From the NCBI RefSeq assembly GCF_009914755.1, contig NC_060936.1: a stretch of DNA of 64,000 bases; one strand, written 5' to 3'. This stretch comes from the human T2T-CHM13v2.0 reference genome, Homo sapiens. Each line of letters starts with the position of its first letter. The stretch's first letter is position 1. Under the pieces are notes generated by a model that saw only the letters and a program-made list of their open reading frames with translations, had not been told where the DNA came from and searched no databases. Below are positions 29,617 through 42,972 of this stretch, piece by piece. The position numbers and the translations under genes were made by a program.

Positions 29617-30210
29617 TTGGTCTGCATTTCCCTGATGATTAGTGATGTTGAACATTTTTTCAACTATTTTTTCAACTATGTGTTGGTGATTTGTATGTCT
29701 TCTTTTGAGAAATGTCTATTCTACTCTTTTGCCCATTTTTGACTAGGTTATTTGATTTTTTTGCTGTTGAATTGAGTTTCTTATGTATTCTGGATATTAA
29801 CTTCTTGTTAGATGCATAGTTCACAAATAATTTCTTCCATTCTGTCGGTTTTCTCTTCACTCTGTTTTCTTTGCTGTGCACAAAGTGTTTAGTTTAATGT
29901 AATCCCATTTGTCTATTTTTGCTTTTATTGCCGGTGCTTTTGAGATCTTAATCAAAAAATCTTTGCCCAGTCCAATTTCATGAAGCATTTTCATTATTTT
30001 TTTTCTAAGTTTTCATAGTTTCAGGTCTTACATTTAAGTATTTAATCAAGCTAGAGTTGGTTTTTGTATACAATGACAGATAGGTGTCTAGTTTCATTCT
30101 TCTGATGTGGAAATTCAGTTTTCTCAGCACCATTTATTCAACAGAATGTCCTTTCCCCAGTTTTTGTTTTTCTTGCCTTTGTTGAAAATCAGTTGGCTGT
30201 AAATGTGTGG
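29617..30210 (-). mobile_element. Inverted 5' segment of a twin-primed L1MA
   Basis: ORF2 text on the minus strand ([28 protein letters not shown]). Confidence 0.9.
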
Positions 30211-31119
30211 AAATGCAAATGCAAATCAAAACCACAATGAGCTATCACCTCATCTCAGTTAGAATGGCTATTATCAAAAAGACAAAAAAATAACAAATTC
30301 TGGCAAGGATGTGGAGAAAGGGAAACTTATGCATTGTTTGTGGAAATGTAAATTAGTACAGCCATTAGGGAAAACTATGGAGGTTCCATACACACAACAC
30401 ACACACAAAAGAAAACTAAAAATAGAACTACCAAATGATCCAGCAATCCCATTACTGGGTGTATAACCAAAGGAAATAAAATCAGTATGTCAAAAAGATA
30501 TCTGCACTTACGTGCTTACTGCAGTACTATTTACAATATACAAGATATGAAATTAGCCTAAATGTCTATCAGAAGATGAATGGATAAATAAAATGTGTTA
30601 TGTATATATACAAAATGGAATACTATTTAGCCATAAAACAAACTAAAATCGTATTATTTTCAGCAACATAGATGAACCTAGAGGACATTATGTTATGTAA
30701 AATAAGCTAGACAAATACAAATATCACATAACCTAACATGTGGAATCTAAAAAAGTTGATTTTATAAAAGTTGAGAGTAGAATGGTGGTTACCAGTGACT
30801 GAGGAGAGTAGGGAAGAGGGGTGAACCAAAGAGGTTAGTCAGCAGATACAAAGTTATAGTTAGACAGGAAGAATAATTACTGGTGTTCTATTACACAGAA
30901 GGGTGACTATAGCAAACAATAATGTAGTGTGTATTTTAAGATATCTAGAAGAGGCCACAACAAAGGAATGATAAATATTTAAAGTGAAGGATATGTTAAT
31001 TAACTTGATCTGATCTTTATAAAATACATACATTCACTAAAATGTCACGCTACATCCCATAAATATGTGCAATTACTATGTGTTAATTCTAAATTAAAAA
31101 ATTAATTTCTTAACAAGAA
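30211..31119 (+). mobile_element. L1MA6/7-type 3' segment
   Basis: atgcaaatcaaaaccacaatgag...aatagaactaccaaatgatccagcaatccc...3'UTR to A-rich end. Confidence 0.9.
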
Positions 31120-31528
31120 AAATAAATGAAGTAAATTTTTTTCTAGAGTCCTCTTTTTCTGCTTCTCACACTATGCCTGACATAGACATCTTATTCTCTG
31201 CAACTCCTGCCAGACATAAGACTTGATAGGGAAAGACTCTTGCTCAGCCCTCTTCAACTCTTTTTCCCCCTAATCTTGTTCACAGAAATTTTGTCCAGGG
31301 GAAGATACTGTATGATCAGCAGGGAATCAAGTTCAACAGAGGAATAAGAGAAGAATCTTTATACATTAAAAAGAAAAAAAAACTCACTATGTTTTAAAGA
31401 ATAACAAAAGATAAATGTGATAATGATATAAATTCCTAAACTAAATCACATGTGCTTTTTAGTTGAATTTACATATAAATTTTGTGCCTCCAAAAAGATA
31501 TTATCCCTGTATGAGTATGTGTCTTGTA

Positions 31529-31608
31529 TTAGGTTGGTGCAAAAGTAATTGCGACTTTTGCCATTAAGAGTAATGACAAAAACCACAATTACATTTGGAC
31601 CAACCTAA
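31529..31608. mobile_element. MADE1 mariner MITE
   Basis: ttaggttggtgcaaaagtaattgcg...caattacatttggaccaacctaa, TA TSD. Confidence 0.96.
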
Positions 31609-33259
31609 TATTTTATTTTTATGTATCCTTCACTATACTTAATACAATGCAAAGTAGTCAATATGTAAACTGCTGAGTAATTGCTTAACCAAACTCTTAT
31701 GTGTCAGAATTAATTAATCAAAACACCAAATGTACTTCTGAGACTTGATGACATTGTTGTTAATGAGCATTTGATGAGGAATAGAGTAGTGACAGTGTCT
31801 TCTAAATCATTTATGCAACTATCTTCATTATAAACTCTTTGTATATAGATTAATAGACTGTTCTTCATATGTCTTAAAAAAGTTTTGTGAAATTCACTTA
31901 AAAAATTTTAAGTAGAGATGCAAGTTTTAAGAAGCCATATTTGCTCACATTTGTTAAAAATGCTTAGGCAGTAGGGTTTTTGTTAATTGGAAAAAGAGAG
32001 CTAACACCTCATAATATAAAGTAAAATAGCAATTTAAAAAGTATAATAATTGTGATGTAATAACTTACGACTTTTGTTCAGGCTTCTGGATAACATATAA
32101 AGTAGAAACGTATTTGACCTTATGTTGTCACACATAAATGCACTTTTAATTTAGATAATATCATCCTTCTAAAACAGACTTTTTCCATAGCCACTCAGTT
32201 GAATAAAATGATATTTAAAAAAATTTAATAGCACTAACTGAAGGTCAGTGGTTCCTCATAGATACAAATGTTAAGCAAAGCTTTGTGATTGTTTTTTCCC
32301 TCTGGTGATGGTGCTAGGGCAAATAAGTTCCAAATTAGTAAATGTGCAATTTGCATTTTGAAATAACTCAATAGTACTTGTTGCATTATATAAAATTTAT
32401 AATGATTAATTTTTAGAAATTTTCTTCAAAATATACTGAAACTACTAAAAGTAAAATATAATAGAAAGCAAGCATAGAATGTGTCATACAAGAGAATAAT
32501 AAAAATCAGGTTATTTTCCCTGTCTCTATGCCAGTTCAATAATAGTAAAATTTAAAAAAAAATAGCTGTAGTTAAATACATATTTTGTGGGAGGAATTCT
32601 CACTAGAATTTCATTTCTTTCTTTCCATAGTACCATTAAACTACTAGACTATTTAGAGTAGTATTAAAAAATGAAGTCATTTCTTACTTTTAAAAGATAT
32701 TAGTGAGAAAGATAAAAATTTAATATGGTAAAATGAGTAACAGATGATTATTAAAAAGAAAAATTGAAATGGAAAATCCTAGAACAATCAGTAGAGTCAT
32801 TCAATGAGAGTTAGTGTGCATATTTTTCTGTCTATTTTATTTCAATTTTTAATTCAATTTTTCTTTAAGTTTGTTTTAAAATCATTTGCTTCTGGAGATG
32901 CTACTCGTGAAAGATGTTTCTTCTACCAAAAATATTTGTTAAAGTATAAATGATATGTTTTTTATAGTTAAAATAAGAAGACAATCAAAAGTCTAATTTT
33001 ATAAATCACATCGTTATGATCATACACAGATTTTTTTCTTTATTTTTTAATGCTTAAAGAGGGGAAGAATAATGAGAACAACTAACAACTCACAGAGAAT
33101 ACACTTGATAGATCAGGTACAATTTACCACATAGTGAGTGAGATCCAGAATTGTTAAAGTCTAGTTGCTCAATTAGGATGGAAGCAGGCCTCTGTAGAAA
33201 GTTAAGTTTAATTGAGGTTTGAGGCATGCTTTTATAGGAAAGGTTGTGGAGAGGGATGG

Positions 33260-33365
33260 TTTGACCAATACTACAGAGATCCTTGACGGCGTGACGTGTG
33301 CTGTCCCTAGACACTAGAGGGCGGTGCCGGTGTTGGCCGGAGATTAGCTCAAAGGCTAACGGGAT
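33260..33365 (+). promoter_or_regulatory. Candidate promoter: CCAAT, two CRE half-sites, GC box, local CpG cluster
   Basis: CCAAT 33265-33269; TGACG 33284-33288; TGACGT 33292-33297; GGGCGG 33319-33324; 7 CpGs in ~75 bp of non-repeat DNA in a CpG-poor region. Confidence 0.5.
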
Positions 33366-34294
33366 GTGGCCCAGCCACAGCCTAAGCTCTTGGTCTTCTG
33401 AGAAGCAGCTGACAGAGGATAGCCCTGCCATGGCTTAAGCTTTCAAACTGCCTGTAAAATCTTGGGTTCTTATGAATTTTGGAGTCCAGTAGTTGAAGGT
33501 CAATAACTCACATACGGAGCCTGATAAGGTATGATGTAACATTCTCAAGGAGGGCGGAATTACACTCCAAATTTTTATCACAGCAAAACATATGTCACTC
33601 AAGTAGCAAACTATGTAAAAGTTTGGAATCATTTCAAATTTACATCACATTATATCTCTTCTAGAGATACAAGTCAGATTAATATGAGATCGTGAATTAA
33701 AAATTTGTTAAATATTTTTATTAGTAATATGTTAGATACACAGAACCAATTTAACATCTTTAAGGAAAGCCCTGTTAATTCAATTAAATACACTTAGGAA
33801 AAAATATGTATCTTAAGGAAAGCTTTTATAATATTAACCTGATAAAGTTTAAAAAATATTTAAACAGTTCATATCCAGGTTTAATATTTAGCAAAACATC
33901 AGTATTCTTTCAATGAGAAACAACTTTTACATTCAGTTTGTAAAGAATCAGTTTTTAACAAGCTGTCTTGGTCACCTGAATTAGTATTCTTTTATCAATG
34001 AATATATGTTTCAAAAATTTTATTACATGTAACACGCTAGTGGAAATATTAACGAATACAGCTTTTATAACCACTTGCAATTTTTTTAGGATATTCAAAA
34101 TTGAATTATTATGTAATAATGTATAAAGTTTTTAACATTAAGCATACTAATTTTCCAAGTGCTTTCCAAATAAAAAAAAGAATGCATTTATTTTGCTACA
34201 GCAGGAAGCAAAAAGGCTTGTGTTGCAGCATTCTTAGTTTTAACAATTTTTATTTTATTTCAACAAAGGTTTTTTTCCCAAGCATAAAGTAAAA

Positions 34295-34353
34295 ATAGAT
34301 ACAGATAGATTGATAAAGATGATAATAGATAGATAGGTGATAGATAGATAGAT
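34295..34353. repeat. Degenerate (GATA)n
   Basis: tagatagataggtgatagatagatagat. Confidence 0.8.
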
Positions 34354-34859
34354 GTAATATAACAAATGCTCAATTACTCATCAACCCAACTTAACAGTTT
34401 CTAAATTATTTCCTTAAATATTTTTTCCAAGTAGATGAGTGTGAACAGATATCTCTATTTTTAAAATGGCATTGAGGGTTCTTTGGTAAATCATTTTGGT
34501 TACATGTTTTGTAAATAACCTTTTTTAGCCTTTGTCTATTTGCTAATAATATATGATTTTCAAGTTTGATATATTAAAATGATATATGCTAATGCTAATT
34601 ATATAATGTTATGTGTTTAATGAATGTTTTTAAATTTTTTGCTTAACTTTTCATTTTTTATCTGTATAGAATACACAATTATAACACAAATTTATTGTTT
34701 GTTATATATTATGCTTTCTGCATCTTGTAAATATTTCATATTTTTGTCATAAAAGTTTTAAATTTTGTAATTTTGCCTATCTAATCAGCTATTAATTTAC
34801 GTTTATACTACGAGGTAGGAATCCTTCTATTTTTATTTTTTCAAAGGGGTATTTCTTGG

Positions 34860-35385
34860 GAGAAGCAGTCACTTGCACAGTCTTTCCTGTCCAATTGTAT
34901 AAGAGTGTGCTTTGGGTTGGGAATATATCCTTACAAAGAAATTAAGAGCCTTCATAGCTTGTGCTTCGCCCATCTCTGTTTGGGAATTTCTTTATCTGTT
35001 CCAAATTTGTGTACCTTTTTGTTCTACTTAAGTGTGTGCATCAACTCCCGTACTATATGGGTTTCCATAGGGAGGGAATGGATGTCCTTTATCCGAATCA
35101 CAAGAGGAATGTGTGCAGACCATCCCCTTGCATTGGCTGAGAGCCTGAAGCTCATTATTGAAGCTAACCTTTTCTGTTTCTACTCTATGTGAGCAAAACT
35201 TTGTTCCTTCCAATGCCAGTGTGAATTGTGTTTCCCTTGGCCAACCCAACACCTGAAAACCATGGAAGGGAGGCTGACTTCCTGAGACTACTGCTCCTGG
35301 CTATCAGCATTGTTATGCTATTTGACATCCTCTATGTGGTGAGACTCTTAACCTTGAGTTGGTAATAAGTATCACTTGCTCGGTA
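34860..35385. mobile_element. Probable ancient ERVL-class LTR inside minus-strand L1ME remnants
   Basis: ~500-bp GC-elevated block flanked by T-rich decayed L1 text; family not confidently recalled. Confidence 0.35.
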
Positions 35386-36240
35386 ATATTTATTGATTCA
35401 AATTCTGTTTAGTGAATCAGTTATCTCTTCTTTGATTGAACTATTTCCAATATTGTCTAATAATATTCCAATAAGAGGTATAAAGAAACTTTATGCCTAT
35501 ATCTAGACTTTCCACTCTGCTCCATTGCTTTATCTGTTTATTTTGCAATGTAACAGCCATAATTGCTATAATTTTTAATTGTACTGATATTTTGTAGAAT
35601 GAATTCCCTTATCTTAAGCTTTAAATCTAGTCTAAGGTAGACATGGAGATATTGGGACAGAAGAGATGTTGACTAACTTTATTTATTTTTACTATTTCTG
35701 CCTCTTGCTGGGCCTGTTGCTAGTATAAATGGAGTTTATAAACAAATTCCAAAATGTACCTTCTGTGATCATATTTATTACAAAATAGGCCCTTTAAAAA
35801 CAAATTTCAATAATATAATTTTTCTGTGAAATAAGGCATTTCTGCCACATGTTGCAAAGGCTTGATACACAATCTTACTTGGAAGCACTGGACCTTACTC
35901 TTTCTTGTATTCTCTCGCACTCACTTTGCTATGCCTGACTATATAGAATTGGGTATGGAGGAGATGGAGGAATAGGGGATGTAGGGGATGGAAAAACTCT
36001 GATTTGACCAATCTGATTCATGTAATCTGGTTCTGGATTTCTCTGGATGTGAATGGACAGAATCCATTTCTTGCAATCTGGTTCTGGATTTCTATGGATG
36101 TTAATCTCTTTTCTTAGCAGTGTATATTTTATGGGCTTTTCAAATTCACAACACAGGAACAGTTGACTCCCCAGGCCTGCTTTCTGTATCTTTCTACAGA
36201 ATCACCTTTGTCCAGGTAGGAAATCTTAGGCAAAACCCCT

Positions 36241-36593
36241 TGATATGGTTTGGCTCTGTGTCCCACCCAAATCTCACCTTGAATTGTAATAACCCCCATG
36301 TGTCAAGGGTGGGACTAAGTGGAAGTAATTGGATCTTGGGGGCGGTTTCCCCCATGCTGTTCTCGTGATAATGATTCACTTTCATGAAATGTTGTGATTT
36401 TATAAGCTGGCATTTCCCCTGCTGGCACTCATTCTCTCTCCTACTGCCCTGTGAAGAAGTGCCTTCTGCCATGATTGTAAGTTTCCTGAGGCCTTCCCAG
36501 CCATGCGGAACTGTGAGTCAATTAAACCTCTTTTCTTATAAATTACTCAGTCTCGGGTATTTCTTCGTAGCAGCATAAGAATGAACTAATACA
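36241..36593 (+). mobile_element. THE1C/D-like MaLR solo LTR, 5-bp TSD
   Basis: tgatatggtttggctctgtgtc...gaactaataca; TSD cccct on both sides. Confidence 0.94.
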
Positions 36594-36931
36594 CCCCTTC
36601 AAGATACTTGAGTCCAAACATTATCCAGGGACCCAATCAGTCATTTGGTAGATAGACTTCCCACAGTGTGTCTGAAAGCACAGAGTGCTTTGATTAGTAC
36701 TCTGAAACAGTCTTCTTACTGGCTAAAGCTAAGGGTGTAAGAAAAACCTTTGCCTGAAAAGCATCCTACTCTCTGTCAGTGTTTATTTTAAGAACTCACT
36801 CACTGAGTTTGTGATAATGGTGAGGACCACCAATATTCTAAGCCGTGAGGATACTGGAGGGTAAGAGAAAGAGTTACCCCATACTCCAGCAACTCCCTTC
36901 AAAGAAATACCTTTTTAAAATATCTCCCTTA

Positions 36932-37395
<464 letters not shown>

Positions 37396-39504
37396 ACTAA
37401 AAATGAAGACCTAGAGTTCTTTTTGGGTCTAGGAGACCTAAATTTCATTTGTATGATATAAATAAATTGTCTTATATCTTGTTTTGTGAGAGAACTTAGA
37501 AAATATTATCTTCTTTTGGGCTCTAGGTGAAATGTTAAATAGAAGAAGTCCTGCTAATATCCACTCCCAATTCTTACTACATGATTTTCTGGATTTAATT
37601 TAGATAGTAATATTTTTATCTGTTTTTACATTAATGTGTTGATAGATATGGGTAAATTTTCTAAAATAAGCCATGCATGGATTCTAGGATGAACTCTATT
37701 TGTTAATGTTTCAATATTTTAACACACTGCTAAATGTGATTTACTTAGGATTTTTGAATATATGTTCATGAGGAAGAATAATTTATTATTTTATTTTTTG
37801 TACTATTTTTGATTACCTTAGAATTAAAAATATACAGATGTCATTTAATGATTTGGGGAGATATTTCTGTCATCCTTAGAGGACTGATTTAAAATGTGCA
37901 TTATTTCTTCTTTGAAGGTTTGATAAAATCATGTGCTCTTGATTTGATTTGCCAGAAAGAGGTTTAGACATTTGCTTGACTAATTGGTTTAACAATTACT
38001 GTTCATTTAGATGTTTATATTTCTTAGTCAATTCTATTAAATTATAGTTTTTAAGAAAACCATTCATTGACATTAAATAGTACATATTTTTTCCTTTTAA
38101 TTCCTCCATCTGTATGCTTAAGATCATGCACCTATTTACAATTACATCATTGTTAATAATGATAATGCTTTGCAATCACAAGGACTAATTCCAGAAATCC
38201 TGTGATGCCTAAAGTGTATTCGACAAAAAATTATTCTTCTCACGTTTTCCACCCCGTATTATCTTTTTTTGCTAGTGATTGAAGAGTATTCACATTAAAA
38301 CTTGAATTAAACAAAAAATAAGTGGCAATAGAAGACCCTTTTGAATGGCAGCCTTATATTTCTCTTGAATTCCTGAACTGTAAGTTATAATTTGAAAAAT
38401 GGACACTAACGAAAAGGCCATAAGACAGTATTTATGAAGTTTAAGCACCAACTTGGAGACAATCACATCTCTTTTGATCCTGATTCTAATATTTTATCTT
38501 TTAAGTTTAAAGCATATACATTACTCTCTAAAGCTGGTATATTTATCATTTCACTGGAATTTGTGTATTATATTCTAAATTGTATGTCCTTATGATTGGA
38601 TATGCTTTCGTTTTCCAATATTTCTGTCAATGGCATTTCTTACCTATACAATATTAAACATAGTCAGTTTTTATTTTAGAAACTATTATTATATATGTCA
38701 GTCCGTGAAAGAAAAATAAGATATGGACTCTTCCCGTACTAATCTTATAGCTATTATTTTAATAGTATTATCTACCAAACAAAACTGTGTAATTACATTA
38801 TGACTTTCTCTATTTGAATTTTGGAGATATTGTACTTAGTACAATTTCCTAAATTGTCATGCTTAAAGTATATATTTTCATATTTAGAGAGATGTGTGTA
38901 TATGTAAACACATCCATATATGAACCCATATCATACTAATATAGTAAGTTTTTTGTGATTGAGTGATCCTTGTTTTAACAAAGACTTGATTATTTAGTAC
39001 ATTTTTGATATATTAAAGCTATTTATCAATTTTTCTATGCCATGAATGTAAGATAGCAGGTATTTTACACACTACCAAAGGAAAAATAGATTTAAAATAA
39101 TTTAATTATGGCCTTAGATTAGATTTTAACATCTTTACGTCCACGTGGACTATGTATTAGAGTAAGACTGTCAGTCTAGAAACAGCATGAAGGACATGTA
39201 TGGAAGAAAATAAAGATCACATTCGTGATGTCCTAATTATAATTTTAGTAATTTCTGAGGAATGTTTTTCATGATTTTGTAGTTTCTCAGCAAAAGGCCT
39301 TTGAATAATTAGAGATACATGTATCTCTCCATCAATGGCCCACGAGTTGCTTCAGTTCAGACTCAATGGTCTCAAAAATGCTATCCTCCAGAATCTAGAT
39401 TTTCCCAAGATGCAGGTGTCATTCATAGGCTTTGAATGATGAAATGCCTTTGTATCTAAGATTTTACACATGAAAGGACAGAGAGATTTATGGTTCAGAT
39501 AATA

Positions 39505-39757
39505 ATGGTTAATATTTATGACATGCTTGCTTTATACTAAAGGACCTTAGTTCTTTAGATATAATAATTGTTTCAATTACATAGCAACCAAATGATGCCA
39601 GGAATTATTGTTATCATCTCTGAAAAGAACAAGGTTGTAATAAGTGATAAACCCAAGATCATCTATTCAGACTGAGGAAGAACTCAGGTTTGAATCTAGG
39701 CAGTCTGGCTCCGGAGGGTAGTTATCAGGTGTGATTCTGCTCTTTAACTGCTGTGCA
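39505..39757 (-). mobile_element. MIR
   Basis: aatatttatg...attattgttatcatc...caggtttgaatctaggcagtctggctcc. Confidence 0.65.
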
Positions 39758-42654
39758 AAGACCAGTCAGATGAATAACACAAGTAAGCTTTAAAAATAGT
39801 CTCCAGTATATATGTATGGCCTACAATCTTGTATTCATGTAATAATTTTGTCCTTTATAAGACATACTGCTGTGACAAAAAGGTACCTGCAGTTTTCAAT
39901 GCTTATAATTTGATATCATTGTTTATTAAATATCTGTTGAGCAGCTCATCAAAAATTAATCACTGTGTAAGGTACAATGCAATATAAAACAGATGTATTT
40001 CTGAAGTTTCTGATCGAGGTAAGTTGAGATAGTAAACCACAAATTATAGAATCAAGCATCTATGAAAGGCAGAAACAATGACTGCTAGATGACCCAAAAG
40101 ATATGTAGGATGACCACTGAGCAAGACTGGTCAAGAAGTGTTTCCAGGAGTTGCTGAGATTTTACTTGACATATGGGGCAACTGCCTTTGTCTCTGACTC
40201 ACAAATACAAATTCCTTATGGAGCAGCCACTATATTCTTTATCCCCAACTGTCCCCATGACTCTCCAAATGTATGGTGCAGCTAAAGTTAAATTCTAGAA
40301 TTAAGTACTGTATTCAACTTTGCTTCCTAGAGTTGACTGATCCTCTTACATGAATTCTCCTCTTTCTATTATGGTTACCTATTTAAGCCATAGTTGAACT
40401 TGTTATAGTTTATATTGCATGTACCTAGTTTACACTGCTAATTTCTCTGATATTTTTTTCCTCTTCATCCTTAGCAGTTATTATTTTAAATAACATTCCT
40501 GCACCACCCAATTAGTCAAAAGACAAACCAAAGTCAGTTTCCTCTCCCCAACACCTGTTGCCTTTTTGCATTGGTCACAAGGTGTTGGGCTATCTCTGAT
40601 TTATGCCCATAATACTTGGATATTGCTTTTATTTTGAAATTATTCTGCTCTACATAAGGTCTCTGGACTCCACTGCTGACAACTTAGTCCAGAAGCATGT
40701 GAGAATGTAGGTCATCTAAGCTTCCTAACTCATTTTTATTGGATAATTTTCTTCTGTGATGTTTTAGGTGTTGTTCCTCCATGTAAGAGCAGTATGTGTT
40801 ATGGTTGGTTTCCATAAAAACTTCAGTTGTGGTCTTTTCCAGGAATTCAACTGATGGAAAACCAACAAAGAAAAGATCAAAGTAAAATATTTAGTATAAG
40901 CCCTTTAAATCACTGAATTATTTATAAAATTTTCCAACTCAAGGCATAAGCCAAATTGATGTCATCCTTCATATTCTATTTTTAATTGTACAGGATGTAG
41001 TCTAGAAGATATACCTTTAGGCATCAATGATTATTTTTCTGATCTTGTATAGTCTTTCAGCAACAGTTGAGCACTTTAGATGAGGTTCTGGAATATATCA
41101 AAATGCCAACCAGACAAATACTAACTATCCTATTAAATTATGTAGAATGTTAACAGAGTTACAATATATAGAGGAGAATATTGTATGGCAAAAGTCATCA
41201 CCAGATACAAAAATTATCTGAATCGGTTATCTATTCTCTTTTCCACCTATATCTACCTTAGATCAAAACAGTGTTAAATGCCAATCCAACTTTGATGTTT
41301 AACTTAGTGGCTACTTGATCTCCCTACAGAAGAAAATATTAGCAATCTTTTATATATATATATATATATTTGTCATCTTTACTCATTTGAAATCCTCACT
41401 TTTTTATATGAATAGTAATAATGCAATCTACATATGAGCTGGTGGTCTATGCCTCTTGAAACCTGGTTAAAATGAATATAAGCTTTCAATTCTGAGACCT
41501 GGGCCTTTTCTGCTGGCTCCATTAGTCTACATGCTCCTTCCACTCCTTCCTCATCTTCTTATTCTCAGATTGGGTAGCACCAGATTCTTTTTCCTCCTCT
41601 CAGTAGAGAGAGAGTGAGAAAGAGAGAGAGAGAATCCATCCTACTCAGCTCCTATTTGAATATTTGCATATTAAATATACTAAGTGGTTCAAGAAAAAAA
41701 TTGTTTTATCTACCTGCAACCACCTTCTTAATGGCAGATGTTATTTAGAATTTGGCAGATCACAACAAAATGAAAAGGATGTAGGCTGAAGGAAACGTGA
41801 CCTCTTTTATAAGATTTTTGTGTGTTGATACACATTTTTTAACCAATGTGTGCGTGTGCATGCAAATACACATCAAATGTCACACCTTTTGCAACCATAA
41901 GGAACATATATGTTTTGGGAGGCTTAGCTAAGAATGAGTTAATTGGTCAGATTACAACCCTCATATGGTAGCAATTCCTAAACCTCAGTTTCTGAGGTTA
42001 TTATTAATAGAAAGTAAACTTACTCTCTACGCCACTTGGAATCTACTAGCATGGAGCATTTTTGGGAGGAAAAAAATAACAGAAGAATTAGCAGATACCT
42101 ACCTGTGTTATCAAATGCATAGGAATTTGAGACATGCAAAGGCCATTTGAAAAAGCAGTTTATAATTAATTTGTTAATTAATTTAATGTGAATCAAGACA
42201 TTCTTAGATTGGACAAAGTTTTGGTAAAGGAAAAGTTTTGGTGCCTTAGAGAAGTGATACCCAAAGTGCAGTTTCTACTCCTGAAGGTACATGAAAATAT
42301 TATATCTGATCAATTTCTGTGTCTATTTTTTGTGTAGAGTATATTAGTACAGTTGTATGAGCACAAAATTGTAAACAACGTGCATGTATTAGGGAAATGG
42401 GCTTAATTTTTATTGTATTGTTATACAGCATATAGGAGAAAAATAATTGAGGTTGCTGGTTGAAAGATGTTATGCATTGCTAAGCATAAATGCAGGTCCC
42501 TAACCACGTTAAAAGCTCTAAATTGATTGTTCTTAACATAGCTGTCAACTTGACATGAAAAATGGTCTTCAATTTGGAGGAGATAAAAAGCATGAGTGAC
42601 TTGCTATTCTCAGTGAAAGTATAAATTTATCATATTGTTCTAGATGAGCAATAA

Positions 42655-42972
<318 letters not shown>

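Noticed and set aside
33090-33431. 113-aa minus-strand ORF over the promoter-like region
   Set aside because: No recognisable domain; the local GC increase lowers stop frequency.
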